A stretch of DNA of 63,738 bases, the filler included, from Choristocarpus tenellus KU-1152 (Eukaryota > Protista > Phaeophyceae): the NCBI GenBank assembly GCA_964200185.2. It is 10 parts of 10 records of this genome, joined end to end, with 100 filler letters (N's around TTAATTAATTAA, not from the genome) between each part and the next. Parts side by side here need not be neighbours in the genome. Positions count along the whole stretch, not along the records: positions 13,381 to 17,125 come from CAXNAD020018182.1; positions 17,226 to 19,995 come from CAXNAD020024900.1; positions 20,096 to 26,354 come from CAXNAD020008546.1; positions 26,455 to 39,099 come from CAXNAD020001756.1; 6 more parts are not named here. The stretch is one strand, 5' to 3'. A program made the translations under genes and the position numbers. Positions 13,468 through 27,400 of the stretch are shown here, piece after piece (the first letter of the stretch is position 1; each line of letters opens with the position of its first letter). The notes below the pieces were generated by a model. It was not told the DNA's origin and ran no database searches. It saw nothing but the letters and a program-made list of their open reading frames with translations.

Positions 13468-14970
13468 ATCCCAAGAATCTGACAGTCCCCCTCTTGCCCA
13501 TGTGCCTGGTGTCTCTAGCTTGAAACACACGACGTGTCTCAAGAGAGCCACTTGTGTAGTCATGGACACTGTCGTGAGTAGAATTTGACAGGTCCTTTTC
13601 TGTAAACTCCCGCCACTCCCCCCCCCCACTGCATGTATAGCCAACTCATCCAAAAGCTTTCTGCTTGCTTGCCGAGGCGCCCAAACCTTTCCACTGCGAA
13701 AGGGCTGAAGTTATTACGAGGGTCAAAAGAACCCTTGTAGTGGGTGCACTTTTGCTCCTCAGCAGCAGCAGCAGCTACACCATTGCTGGAGGATAATTGT
13801 GGCAGATTGGAGGTTCCTTCCACTTCTACAAATGCAACATCCAGAAGGAGACCTTTGTTCCAGTAGGGAGTCGATCCAGAGTCTGCCAGTGACCCAGCAT
13901 GGAAGAAGACCATATCCATGCCGAAGTTCCAGTCCACTGTGAATGAGTTACCGTTCTCCATGGTGAAAGGGATGCCTTTTCCCTTCCAGAGTTGACCTAG
14001 ACGGGTAACCATTCGCAAGTGCTGGTGTACCTGTCCCCCTGCCCTAGGGCAGGTAAGAGCATGTCAGGTGTTGACACTATGCCTCTTGTACCTGGCCCTC
14101 GGGCACCTGTCGGATAGTGCCTCCTCCCTCCCTAAAGATCTCGTTGCAGTGAATCTAAACTCTATGTGAGAGAGATTTGGTGTGCTGATTCCAGGGGCTG
14201 TGTGGAAGCCCATGCATTTGCCCCTGTCCACACTGGCTCCGGTGGGGAGGGCCAGGGCTAGTGAAGAACTTACCCTCCTTAGTTCTAACTCATCTGGGAG
14301 GTTGGCCAACTGCACCTACCTGGAAAGGGTTGATCGATTCCTTTTAGGAGGTTGGTGATCTCATGTTGTGCCCCCCTTGTGACCCTGGTGTCGTGGGTTC
14401 CTAGAGTGTTGACCTCCGGGACAGGGGTAGGGGTTGTTGTTCCTCCCCAGGCCAACCAGGGTTGGCCAATAATTTCCGTCAAGTCTTGCGGAGGGACTCC
14501 TAATGAGAGGAGGGTGTGGAGATGATCCTAGGCCCAGACTTTGGGGCTCGTGCAGATGGCAAGTGTGAAAACCTCTTCATGGGGCCCTTGTTGTCTTGCT
14601 AGGCGAGTGGGGTGGCTACTATCGACCTGCAAAAACTGCATGCTAGTGAGTTTCATGGAGGATAGGCCCAAGCCCCCCGAACTTGTGGGCATGTGTGCCT
14701 GTACTTGTTGGGTGTGTTTCCAAGCGAAGAGACCCATTTTCACACACCCCATCCAAGAAATCAGTGGCTCCAGTTGAGTCTCCTGCCTTCATTATTACCT
14801 CTAGAGTCCACAGCGAGGTGTTGCCGGCTTGTTCCATGGTGGAGTGTGCCAGATGGGGGGGGAGTGACCCTTTCCAGATAACCCAGGCGGGAAGAGAGGG
14901 ACCAGAAGGAGTTGAGGAGGGCACCTCTCCATCCTGAATCGTACTAGGTAGGGTTGTGCTTGGCAGATTG
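13468..14970 (-). mobile_element. 5'-truncated second copy of the same CRE-like retrotransposon
   Basis: It aligns by eye with ~35950-37430 (for example ATCCCAAGAATCTGACAG and GCAGCAGCAGCTACACCATTGCTGG). It encodes GGLGL, HALTCPRAG, MDMVFF...LLLDVAF and FAVERFGRLGKQAESF. Its 3' end abuts a MITE terminus. Confidence 0.85.
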
Positions 14971-15653
14971 GTACCATTAAAGTTGTCCAACAGGACTAAC
15001 TCTTGTCGAAGAACCTGATATATATGTCACAATCTCTCATTTTGATTATTCTTGTTGGGGGATATCATTTTTAGACATTGTTACTATTAAATAGTGAGAT
15101 TTCTCTAAATAAAAACATGTTAATCGGTATGTACCATTTTGTTGAGTATCCTATTTATTGTATTATTATGAAAACCAATGAAATTGAGTATCCTATTCGT
15201 ATATCCAAGTGTGAAAATATACGTATTGCTGTATGTCCGTATTACATTTTTTCGAATTTACGAATATATACGATTGGGAGTTGATACAGAGTATTGTAGC
15301 ATTCAGCGTTCCCTTTTGAGATTTCAAAAAAATCCCTTCTCCTGTCATCACCCAACCAAGAACTGCCAAGCCAAGTCGATTGACACGCATCCAATTGTCA
15401 TCATCGAGACACATATCAGTGGAGAAACAGTCGTGAGGATAGATATCTGCTGCGTATACCTGTTTAAAGGTTCAACCAACAGGTTTTGAACGTGAATCCC
15501 TTATCCCGAGGCCTGTTGGATAGTCCTCTGGCGCCATCGACACACTGGAATCCCAACCTCCTTTAGTTATTTTGGGTGGCCTTTCTTGTTCTTGTAGTGT
15601 AGCATTCGCATCGCTGGTATAATCACATTAATTTGAGCAAAATAGAAGAAGTT

Positions 15654-16508
15654 ATGGCACCCCGCGGGAGGCCCAGAAAGGCTGGTGCTGCGACAAAGCT
15701 TTCTCCCACCGGAAAGAACAAGGGTGTGGCGGGGGTGAGTACCTGTTGGAGTCCAATAGCCTTCCTAAAATGTAACGAGGCAAAACCACGTTCGCGAACG
15801 CTGCTTGTGGTGGCTTCCTGACGATATCCTGAGCGTGAAATTCAGAAGGAGGTATCTCTTCTATCGGTGTCTAGTGACTGCAACATGTTTCAGGAGAGAA
15901 TGTTGTGTAGGTGATGCATGCGTGTGTACGTTTTCATTAGATTCTCATTTGCTGAAGTGAAAAAAAGTATGACTTATCCTGTGTCACGTCTATTCCCTTC
16001 TTACCCCCTCGGTTGAAGGACACAATCACATAGTAGCCCTCGACCTTTCAGTACATAGTATCCATTGATGCGTCATGACTACTCCCACATATTCCTTTCA
16101 ATTAGCCCAGCCCTTATTTCTAGGGTCAGAAATGGTGCACAACAAAAGTTGTTTCATGTATCCTTTCATAAATCCTTTTGCAAGAGGGTGGAAGAAGTGA
16201 AAATTAATGGTGTCAACAGGATGGAAACAACGTCCGAAGTATGGTCTTCGCAAGTGAATTGTTGACATGCTGATTACAGGATATTTCGGCCCTTGATCCC
16301 TCGCTTCTTGGCCTCTCTCTTCAACACTCCTCAGGCTGCGAAAGCTCAGTCGACCTTGGCGCGGTTCTTCAAGACACCCTCAACTCTTGTTTCCAAGCAA
16401 CCCTCCTTGACTTCAACTGATGCAGATGCTGATGAGGAAACATCTGAATGCCTCACAGTCGTAGATGTTGTGGTAGTTGACAATAGCATGGACGATTCCC
16501 CTCTTAAG
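15654..16508 (+). CDS. 5' part of a nuclear protein with an AT-hook and a PCNA-interacting PIP box (3' part not identified before the contig ends)
   Basis: Exon 15654-15734 (MAPRGRPRKAGAATKLSPTGKNKGVAG|GTGAGT) joins in phase 0 to exon 16335-16508 (CTCCTCAG|AAKAQSTLARFFKTP...DDSPLK|GTGATA). PRGRPRK fits the AT-hook core and QSTLARFF fits the QxxLxxFF PIP consensus. Confidence 0.7.
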
Positions 16509-18924
16509 GTGATACTCTCCTTAACCATGTCTCAGTTACCCCCTAGAGTACCAACTTCTTCCTCCTCCCTCCCCACTGAGTAGTTTTCTGAGCAGCCTGC
16601 CCCTCCTCTATCCCCTCTCCCAATCTCCGCCCCAGAAATGATTTTGGGAGAGTGTGAGATTCTGAGTGCTTAATATTGCATTTCGGTTGGAGAATATTGT
16701 ACTTTGTATAGCAAAAGACGTGGAAGCTGTGAAGGACTTGAGCTGGTTGGGGGTTCTGTTTGTTGTATGACCTTATCTTGGGCTTGTTGTACATGTTGTG
16801 TTGTGGACCATGTTTTACTTGACTTCTCAAGTTGTGGTCTGGTGATGGACTTTTGCATCCAGAATTGTGAGATTGTATCAGGACATTCTGTGTTGCTGAC
16901 ACTTTATGGCAAATAGATTAACTGATACCTTTGATATAAGCTTTTTCAAATTTCTCTTGTACAGGGAAGATATGGGTGGCAATTTAAAATTATGATAGCA
17001 GGTGGGCAACCCCAACCCAGCTATTATATCAACAATCCCCCCTCCCTCCCCCCCCCCCCCCTCTTCTTTTTTTCCCCCCTTGGTACAATACTGATCCCAG
17101 CGAACTGACCTCGATAGAATGGAAANNNNNNNNNNNNNNNNNNNNNNNNNNNNNNNNNNNNNNNNNNNNTTAATTAATTAANNNNNNNNNNNNNNNNNNN
17201 NNNNNNNNNNNNNNNNNNNNNNNNNCCAAATGGACAGCCGCCACCCCCTCCCAGATACTTTGAGCAACTTCAACAAAATGTTCCACTGCCAGACAAATAA
17301 GGCAAAAACCTTACCCTCTAAGATACTTTCACTCCAAAGTACAACAATATGTGAAGTCTGCTGTCCAGGACAACTCTCAGAGGCACTAGCTCTATGATGC
17401 CTGTTGTCTGGACAATGGTTTGTCAGCTACAGTACAACACCAGAAAAGTCGAGATATGCTACTCTGTACTCTTTTTCGTACTCAACTGTTGTGTGCACTG
17501 CAGGAGGACTGTTCTTTGATATTTTCAGCCATGGTGCCCCATCCCCATAAATTGGTGTGGGTTTTAGTTCGGAGATGATATCATACGGGCAACCGCTTCC
17601 AAAGTTGTACCACCAAATATCTGCGCTACTGAAAGGTTACCCCTTTTTAATGCCACCTATACAACACATAACTGTTTGTCCAGTTCGTATCTTCCAAGGA
17701 TGATTCATATAGCTAACAGAGTACCTGATCTGCATGGCTGTATCGTACAGCAACATGTATGGTGGGCTTATGAATGAGGGATAGCCATATTGGGAGCTGT
17801 ATGAGTGGACCGACCAAAAATACCAGGTTCATAACAGGCCGTAAAAAAAAACTATTTCCTAGTGCTTTGATGTATTTATCAAATCTACCGAAACTAGTTC
17901 TGTTAAAAGCGACTGAGTAGGTCACATGCTCCTCCTTGTTAGGCATGCTAGCAGGGGCTTGACTATGTTCAAGCAGAGTTGTTGGTGATTGCGTCACTAT
18001 CTCATGCTGTAGTCTATGTATGTATAACCATTCTCGTCCGGCTACTAATCACAGTGTTAAAATACTTGAAATATATATTCCTTACGCGCACTCACTTTGC
18101 ATACATATTGGGTATATGCATAAAATCATTGTTCTTCATAACCTGTTTGGCTGTATTATGGGAACAGAAAAAACTAGCAAGAATTTGACCAAACGCAACA
18201 AACTTACGAAGGGTAGTGGCTCAGGTGCATAGATTCAAGCAATGCAGAATGTTGTGCTGCACCACAGGATGTCTTTATTCCCAACATAATATGCGGCAAT
18301 TATTAGTGATGTTGCAGTAATCATTGACTACAGTTGTGAAGGGCATGGGGAATAGGCTGTTGGCAGTTGGTCTCATGAAGGGCATCATTCTATGACAATC
18401 TATGACTAATTGAAATCTTGCACCAAGTTCTGTCCATGTCAACATACACAAGGCAATCAGTATCCAAAGAACCCGCAGTGCAAAGCTATACACATTTCGA
18501 AGCATGAACCTATGCTCTGAATCACAATTTACTAGCCACACACATCTATTACTATTAAGGGAGGAGATGTGTTCTCACACCATTCATACAATGGGAAAAG
18601 CCTACAATATAACACTAATTGCACACCACTTCACACAGGGACTCCAGCTAGGTGAAGGAAAAGAAACAACGGAAGATTTAAAGACCTACAGCAGAAAGAT
18701 TTTCTACACTTGCAGTTGACAACCAAAAATACAACCAGCTGGTACATACACACAACGAGGGGAGCAGCGAGCATGACATGCATCAACAACATACTGAGGA
18801 TAGCACAGTGGCAATCACAGCCAAGCCTGCACCTCCAGGCATAGAGCTCTACAATCTCACATATGTACAACTCCACAACTGGCAAAATGGAGATCCCTTT
18901 CCGTTTCTCCACAGTCATACACAC

Positions 18925-19995
18925 TTAAACCATCCTGTTATGACTGCCACCGTAGGATTCCACCTCCCTTGAGTCTGAGTTAACGCTTCCACTGTCATCA
19001 GAACTGGTTGCTATGTTCCCAAACACACCCCAGCTAGGTGGGGATTGTGCTTGAATATCTTCCTCATCTGTGTGGTCTTGCATCCCCACTGAAACAGGTT
19101 GCCATCCCACCTGCTCCACCTCTTTGGAGTCCAACTCCTTTCCACAGTGTAATGGTGAAACTGTCCGACCCCTCAGCTCCACTTCCCCAGGTTGCCTCCT
19201 TCTTTTCCCCTCTCCATCATTACCCCCCTCCCCCAGTTCCTGATACCTTGGCTTAGTTACCTTCTCCCGGATAGAATCTACAACGGAGTGCCAGTCCCCC
19301 TCCACCAACCTTGTTACAGACCTTCGCTGAGTGGTGGGCTGTTTTGTTGAATGCTTCATAGGGGATAATCGTTCATCCATGTCTAATTCGCGACTGCTGG
19401 GCAGTCTCCCTCTCTTGCCGCTTCTGCCACCTTCACCACCCTCATCATGGTTCTTGATATTTCCCTCTCCTGGGTTCACCCCCGGCAAACAAAAACGAGC
19501 AATCATCTGTGTTAGGATGATGCAACTGCCAACCACCAAGACTGGACCAATGATGAGAAGCCACAGGCTTTCACTCTGAGACAAACCGGTTGTGCTGCTC
19601 ACCCCTCCTGCCATTTCTAAGACTTCGGTTGGCTGGAGTGTAGCTGGTGAAACCGACGGAACAGCCCCTGAGGAGCTTGGGGGCAACTCGTGGCTCTCTT
19701 CCCAAACCACTTCCTGTATGTTGAGATACAGGTACATTCCTGGTGCAGTGTCTTCCTCCACAATGTTTCCCACAACGAATGCAGCAATGTCAATATCCGT
19801 TGTGATACCACCACCACTGCCTTGGAGTTGGACCTCATCCCCTCTTGGCCCAATAGCAACAGCAGTAGTGATCTTTGCCCTGGGGTCGATAGTGGACCAC
19901 ACCCACTCCCCAACACTGTTGCATACTGCCATAAACCCTGTGCTGGCATGTGTCTTCTCCGAAGTGTTATACCCTACCACCACCACCATAGACTC
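18925..19995 (-). CDS. C-terminal part of a predicted single-pass membrane protein of unknown function (5' end cut by the contig boundary)
   Basis: About 355 stop-free codons run from the contig edge. The sequence has a beta-rich region, a Ser/Pro/Thr-rich stalk, a hydrophobic segment (LWLLIIGPVLVVGSCIILTQMIA) followed by RFC, then a charged low-complexity tail. No family is recognised. Confidence 0.7.
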   Translation of the reverse strand, partial: ESMVVVVGYNTSEKTHASTGFMAVCNSVGEWVWSTIDPRAKITTAVAIGPRGDEVQLQGSGGGITTDIDIAAFVVGNIVEEDTAPGMYLYLNIQEVVWEESHELPPSSSGAVPSVSPATLQPTEVLEMAGGVSSTTGLSQSESLWLLIIGPVLVVGSCIILTQMIARFCLPGVNPGEGNIKNHDEGGEGGRSGKRGRLPSSRELDMDERLSPMKHSTKQPTTQRRSVTRLVEGDWHSVVDSIREKVTKPRYQELGEGGNDGEGKRRRQPGEVELRGRTVSPLHCGKELDSKEVEQVGWQPVSVGMQDHTDEEDIQAQSPPSWGVFGNIATSSDDSGSVNSDSREVESYGGSHNRMV

Positions 19996-20140
19996 NNNNN
20001 NNNNNNNNNNNNNNNNNNNNNNNNNNNNNNNNNNNNNNNTTAATTAATTAANNNNNNNNNNNNNNNNNNNNNNNNNNNNNNNNNNNNNNNNNNNNCTATA
20101 TCTTCTCTTTTTCCTTACACTTCTCTCTTCCGTTCCTCCC

Positions 20141-20176
<36 letters not shown>

Positions 20177-20208
20177 CTTGGTTGTCTTTTTTTTTTTTTT
20201 TTTTTTAG

Positions 20209-21950
20209 GAAGTCAAGATGCAAATCGAAGATGTGAGAGCAGTTATGGTGGAAAATGTTGAGAAAGTTCTTGAGCGAGGGGAAAAGATTGAGGTGAGAGA
20301 AACAAACGCCCGTCGCATCTGAACTGCTGTACCCACGATTCGAGGAGAGACTCGTTCGGCAAGGCGAACAAATCAGTGTCTGTGAGGTGGTAAGAATCGG
20401 ATGTTGTTTGGGGAATGGGCCAGGTAGGACCTCTCCATGGTTGAACCTCGTAGTAGAGGGTGTCTTTCTCATAGCAGACGAGCGTCAAAGATGAAATCAT
20501 TTGTGTCCTGTACAGCGCCTGCTATTTCTCCTTCAACCGAGGGGGGCCGGCTGCCCAATGTATAGAACATCCACGTATATATGTTCCATATTTGAGATGA
20601 TGTGTGACAAATGATTTCGATAGAGACAGAGAAATAATGGGTCAGGAGAATAGGGGAGAAGGGTTCCAAACATGATGTTCATCTGTGATTTTTTTTATCA
20701 TCCTTGTGGCCATGCGATGTTTTAGTTTACCTGAAAGGTGGGTGGTGTGGGATGCCCAGAAATTCGTGCCCGAGCTTCCCCAGGTCGTGTGATTTTCACA
20801 TGCACTCAATATACATCCCAAGGGACATGCTCCACTCGCTTCACTAGAATGGATTATGGTTGGATACATCACGTTTCTCTGCCTGGTCTGCAACCTACTA
20901 CGATGGCACTACAAAGATCTTAGATCCCGCACTCAAAACAGCGTGGAAGGTCAACTTCAAGGTTGATATCCCTCTGGATCGTAGTGAGACAACCCCACAT
21001 GACTCAAGATGCTCCCTTGAAAATATGCATCACATTGATTTGCTATGGACTACCGCTTGCATCACCTCAAACTAGCAGACCTGGTTGGACAAGTAAAGCC
21101 GTCGATGGAAATCAAAGCCCAGGTCTCCTTGAGCAAACTGATTTGGTAGACACTCAAGCAGAAACCTTAATATATCCTACAACTACCAGGCTGCACAGTG
21201 CTTTGCCATTCACTGCCTCTTTGAGTGTACACCACATACTACAGCAGGGGGCCCTCCCACGCTCATAGCTCTTCAGCAGTTTCCCACCCCCGTTGTTACT
21301 ACCCCTACCTGCAGTGACACCCTGGTACTCAGGATGGTCACATGTGTCTGCAAAATGGTATTCATGACTGCCTCAACATCCATGCTGAGGTGTATCTTGA
21401 ACATTCTGACCTTTGCATAAGTTACCTGAGATTTTTCCACTGGCAATGAGTTTCTCCTAATGGATTTTGGTGTGGGGTACTAGAGACACAGGAGGCCGTC
21501 TGACCTGGTCTGTATGGATTGATGCCAACCAAACGTCTCTGAAACTACACATGAATAGTCTGTAACATACATCACTCTTTTGTGACTGAGTTTCGAATGC
21601 CAGAATGATAATCAATAGAAAAGACGTAATGTTTTCTAATGGTGTGAATGGTGTGGTGGGGTTTTCTGAATGACATCACAAAATAGGGATTTGTGCACTA
21701 CAACCTGTTCCCTAGCCAAACCATACCCCCCGCCCCCGTCCCGCCCCGCCCCTCCTCCCAGCTACTGGTTGACAAGACAGATCAGCTCAACACACAAGCC
21801 TTTAGGTTTGATCGTGCGTCCAGGCGTCTCAAACAGCAGGTCTATTGGCGCAAGATCAAGGCCTATGTGGCCCTGGGAGTGGGGGTGTTGCTGCTTGCCT
21901 TAGCAGCAGGAGCCAGTGCTTGTGGTGGAATCACATTTCCACGATGCTGA
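20209..21950 (+). CDS. VAMP7: VAMP7/VAMP71-like R-SNARE (synaptobrevin), last two exons; N-terminal part lies off the contig
   Basis: Exon 20209-20292 follows a (CT)n/poly-T tract and encodes EVKMQIEDVRAVMVENVEKVLERGEKIE|GTGAGA. It joins in phase 0 to exon 21762-21950: LLVDKTDQLNTQAFRF...WRKIK, a transmembrane helix, then CGGITFPRC*. The zero-layer Arg is in ERGEKIE. Confidence 0.9.
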
Positions 21951-23899
21951 TGCAATGCTCTTCCTCTCTTAAACCTCCCATCTCCTTCCCCCAACAGACA
22001 TCTGGTACTTGACTTAATCACCCATGCGTGAGATTGGTTACCTGCATTGTAGTGTTGGTTAGCAGCATATAGCACAAGCCTTTCTCCTCGTCCCCAAATC
22101 CTTCCTCTTAGCACACATGCTCACACCATCAATCAGTAGCATTCCTTGGCACCCTTGGAGTCTCCATCCCTTTTCTTGACTGTGGGTGCTGACAATGGCT
22201 CTATAGAAGAGTTTTTTTGTTTTGGAGATTGAACAGGGATAAGAGGTTGGTTGGCGCATCTTGGCAAGGGTCAACAGTGTAGCAATCTCTTCTTGCTTAC
22301 TTCTGATTTTTGTCAATAGATTTCCTATGTTTAACCAAAAGGAAGTACACATCACGCATGAAGGAAGAGTACAAGTTTCTCAATGCAACAAAGCAATGTG
22401 AGTTTGAGAAAGGGTTGTAATGCCATCTCAAGCTTTGTTGATACACTTTTTGTAGTCTGTTTCATACCCAGACTTTCGCTTGCTGAGAATCGTGAGGGAT
22501 GGAAAAACATTTCTGATTGTTGGTGTGGTGCTCTTAGGTGGTAGGTATGGGTGTCATGGGGTGTGTAAATAATGACAGCATTTAGTGAATCCAAGTTCTT
22601 GCCCACTTCAGATTTGTTGAAATATGGCATGTCTGACTCCAGTTTGCTTTGGTGTGAGTCAATGCTTCTGGCTATTGTCCCTTTGGGTCGAGTTGGTGTA
22701 GATGATTTTCAGTTTAGGCGATAGAGTGATGCAAACATGAAAGGCATTACTTTTTTTAATGCAAATAAAAATAGGCACACATGTCGGGGTACCTTCCTGG
22801 TACATGTGCTTGGTATGTATTAACCTCGAAGACCAGGGTTGTACATAAAGTTGCAGCTTTGCTGGTGGTGCAATATGACTGAGAACGAAATTGTTAACAG
22901 CATATACGTCCGTTTGGCTTATACCATCAGCGATGTACCTGATACTGTCATACCGACCCACCAAACCCCCTGTAATTTGTCAGTAGCAATTCTGATTTCC
23001 TTGAGAAAGTCAACTGGGCACCGTATTTTGGATACCTAATTTCCTCCTTGATACGTAAGATATATACTTCAATATTTTTTTTGAAGTGAGACATAAGAGC
23101 AATACTTTCAACTATTCCACTTCCGTCTTCAACAGGAAAGACCCATATTATTCAAACCTTGGACAACGTGACACTCAATATTATGTTATGCTTCAATAGT
23201 GGAGATGAAAATACGCATTACACTATGTAGTGTCCGCAACACTCTAGTCTAAAACATCTACAACACCCTGAAATGCTCAAAACACTCGAGTTCAAAGCAT
23301 TCGTAAGCATGGAGTACAAATGCGAAGGTTTTAAACGTAATGTTACGAAAGTTTAATGTCATTCAAGGTATGCAATAGTATTTCGCCAAGTAGGGCGACT
23401 AGAGTGGGAGGGGAATTGGAAATATCCACTTGTTGGAATCGACAACAAAACTCAGCTGTTAACGACTTAATGGATACGAAAAACACAACTACACACCTTA
23501 GTCTTTATGGTACAACTTACGACTTCCTTGTCGAAATAATATTTACTATCAAGCTTTCGACATTGTTTTGAACGGCGTACTACAATCATTGCAGGGCGTT
23601 GCATGATGCACTATATACTCCGGTGTACGACATACATGGAGCGGAAAGAGAAGATCCAGAACGCAGAAACGTTCTCACAGCCCTCAAAAAAATAACTTCA
23701 AGAAATGTATTTAATACATGAAGGAGTTCCAGCTTAGAACCTACTATATTTATAGTTGCAAAGACCTGCCTGGAGCATTATCTTGAGGTGGCACATCAGT
23801 TCTGTTGGTTTCTCCACTCCACATAAATCTTTGCAAAGGCTGTATGACAAAAGGCAAGCATACACATTTTCAAAAGAAATCGTCCAATTCCCCAAGGGA

Positions 23900-24420
23900 G
23901 GCAATGGACAAAATCAGGTTTTAGTAGTGGTACAATTTCTGTCCTATAGCAAGTGAAGGGCATTCTTTTTCCGTGTCATGTGTCCAACGCAACAATCTTT
24001 TCCAAAAGATCCAAATCCTCTTCTTCCTCGCCAATTTGATCACAGGCTACTCTCACCAATGGTAAATCACGCACCATCAGACTTTACTCACCTACCTTGA
24101 TAGCTTGAACTAATCTCTTTTTGAATGCAATTAGGAGCCTAACCAATTGATAGGTAGACAGGTTTAGAGCCTTTTGCATTGTAAGTCATCTTTCTTACCC
24201 TGTGCAATACACCCTATTTCATTGTTTCATATGCAGAACAATGTACGCAAAATTGATGTTCTCCCTTCCACACACAGAGTGACACCAAATTCTGCAACGG
24301 CTCTTCCTACAATTGCACAAAATGTTATATTTTCACCCTTTCTCGGGACCCATAAGCAACCCTGCCTACTTCTCATTGGTTTGACTCTTGCTTGCCTTTT
24401 CCCAGGCAGGCCTGATACAA
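23900..24420 (-). repeat. Old dispersed repeat family C, copy 1
   Basis: Its reverse complement aligns with ~27840-28420 and ~60660-60920 (shared CCCGAGAAAGG, ATCAATTTTGCG, TTGCACAG...AAGAAAG, AATGCAAAA and AACCTG.CTACCT.TCAATTGGTT). Confidence 0.7.
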
Positions 24421-27400
24421 ATGCAACCTCTGGTTATCAGAATATTAAATCACACAAACCAGTGGCTTGCTTCAACTCTAGTACCCATCCACGTAGGGAC
24501 ATTTATCTGTTCCAGATATAGATGGTAGACATCAAATTGTCATAACTCACAACATGCAAACAACCCTTACAAAAAAAGGGGTGGATTCGTGTAACTACAT
24601 ATCAATACCTTCGAGCGAATACCCATCTCAGCACTGAATACTTCATTCAACAGGTCATAATCAGTCCATCAGGAGATATGATCGAGGAGTAGCATAGTGC
24701 AGGTTCAAGTCGATACAAAACACTGTGAATGGCACAAGAATATAGGACCTTACCTGACCTCCAAAAAAAAACATTTTTACAATATTAGATTCCCAACCAT
24801 TCACACCAATCTACCCTTCTCCATCACCACACCACGATACCCAATACAGTATGCCATCAAACCAAAATGCCTGCTTTGTACTCAAGGTAGTTTCGGGGTG
24901 CCCAATAATGAATACGACAACTGCTGTCTTCTCATTGTGCTTTCCAAGTACAGTTAGTAGTCGATAAAGAAGATTTAACGGGAAAAATAATTATTGATCG
25001 TATGATGTCTAGTAGGCAAAATGTAAGTATACACAGTTAGTGTACCTTAGGTGTGTACATACACGTACGTGGATTATTCTCCCCACACATGTAATACTCC
25101 CTATCTAGTAAAAAACATTTGTAGCGCTACTGTCTTGTGTTATATCCGCAACATTCAGCAAATTGACAAGCCAGAGTGCGAACGATGTGTTGATGAGTTA
25201 GGAGAATGTCAAGTCGTTTTCCAAGTTGAGAAAGATACAGAGTAGTACAACATATTATTAGAATGAACTAATCTTTAGCAGTACTTCATACTGCTAGACC
25301 TCTTCACTACTTCCACAAAACAGTGGGTGTAAGGTTCTAATCTTACTCCCCTGCCTAATGTTGCGAACCGAAAGAACTTTCGATTACAATGAAATCAGTT
25401 GGAAACGTTTCATTGATATCATTGAACTATTGTCGGTGCACGAGGCGGTGTGCACGAAACCCGCGTAGTTCGTGGATGGTCACTTGGCACCACCACCAGG
25501 GAAAAAAAACTCGCTTGGGTAAAGTCTTTCTGAAAGGCATGAAATTTCATCAATCTTTCCTGCACTTCTTCTCAAGAGGTGTATTCCACAGTAACTGAGA
25601 TGGACTATCGCTCATTTATGTTTTCCCTTTAACTAAAATAAAAGGATGGGCAGTTGTATGAACTGCTTGTGATTTTAATAAATAACCAAAAGACGAAACT
25701 TCTTCCGTTCCATTATTCAGTTATTCAAATTATAATCGAGATGAAGTTGATTGAACTGCTGCAATTTGTAACACTACTCCCACCACTTGATCACCTACCA
25801 ACATACTTTCTTGTCACTACTAAACATGTTCCCAAGAAATTTGCATTGGTGATGATTTTATTTTTCCCAGTGGTACATACTACTGTAAACACTATGTATT
25901 ACATCATTGTACTCTTGAGTCCAGCAAAAAGTAAGCAACAAGGTTACAGATATGTCTGGATATCGGTCACACCATAAATTTGGCAAGGCTCTACTCCACA
26001 ATCGAAAAACGAAGAAATATGTAAGCAACAAAATAGGCCAAAAAAATGTAATTTGTGCAATAAATAATCAGAGAACCAGGTGTGTAGCAAAACCACAGGA
26101 CATGTACAGCATTACATAAAAGCATACCATACTCTCCACCTCTATGGTGACCAGCAATAATTAGAGACCCTTAAACAAAAAGACTCTCGGGCATCAAGAA
26201 AAATCAATGCAATGAACAACCCCTTGTAAGCTAATTGAACAAAAGTGATGTTGGATACCCAGGCTCACAAGGAGACCTCTCTTCCCTCCCCCCTTCCTCC
26301 CCCCCCCCCTATTCGATCCTTTTTATTCGCCCTCCCCTGTATTATCGCAAGAGCNNNNNNNNNNNNNNNNNNNNNNNNNNNNNNNNNNNNNNNNNNNNTT
26401 AATTAATTAANNNNNNNNNNNNNNNNNNNNNNNNNNNNNNNNNNNNNNNNNNNNCCTCACAAACCACCCCCCCTCCCCCCCAGATACTTTGACCCAATGT
26501 AGAGTTCAAATAATAAATACAGTACTACTGTATTGTAGATTAAAGGGGACGATCATCATCATCATGAGTTCTGGTTTTATCTATTAACATATACTACCGG
26601 AGTAGTACCTAGTCCACAATATCAATTCTATTGTTATCGCTGTTCAAGTTTATGGAGTGTAAGGGTTAGGGTGTGGACTAAAACAGTAAGAGTAAGAATA
26701 CTGGGACGCAGATCCCAAGATGTAGAATAGACAGATAGATGGAGTGCACCACCATTCCGTTGGAGTTGGGCGTAAAATTCATGCACAATGTGGAAGGAGT
26801 GTACGCACCCACAGCAGCAAGTAGAAGAGAGTACAATAGACAATTCCATAACACTTTGTTACGATTTGTTCATAATTTTCTTGTGGTCATAGAGTATGCA
26901 TTATCAGCACCTTCATTACTTTGGCTGTGCCGTGTACTTAGTTGTCTCGCTTATAATTGTTGAAATGTACTTCGAAGTAGAGGGCATACCTCTGAGGATG
27001 TGTTCGATTCGTCTATAATCCCTTGGGAAGAAGATTGGGCTGCCATATTCCCGATGTACCCACTCCTCCTTTATGCAGTGGAAGCAAGAGAAGTTATTTC
27101 ATTTGTCTTCTCCGCCCAAGGAGCACCAGCAGAGTTACATTGTTTCTCCCCATACTGTATAAACTACTGTTTTTAATACTATAGTGTACACCAAATACAA
27201 TGTAGTACACTCGAAGAATATACCCTACACTCGTAATATTTTGTGTGGTAGAAGTTATCCAATACATCAGGACAGATAGAAATTATCTTGCTAGTTGGAT
27301 TGGACTTGTAAGAACAACACCGTCCCCCAATAGAAGACAATAGCTTACTCCACATGTATGCACATACATATTGCGATGGAGGAGGGACTGCAAAAAGTTC

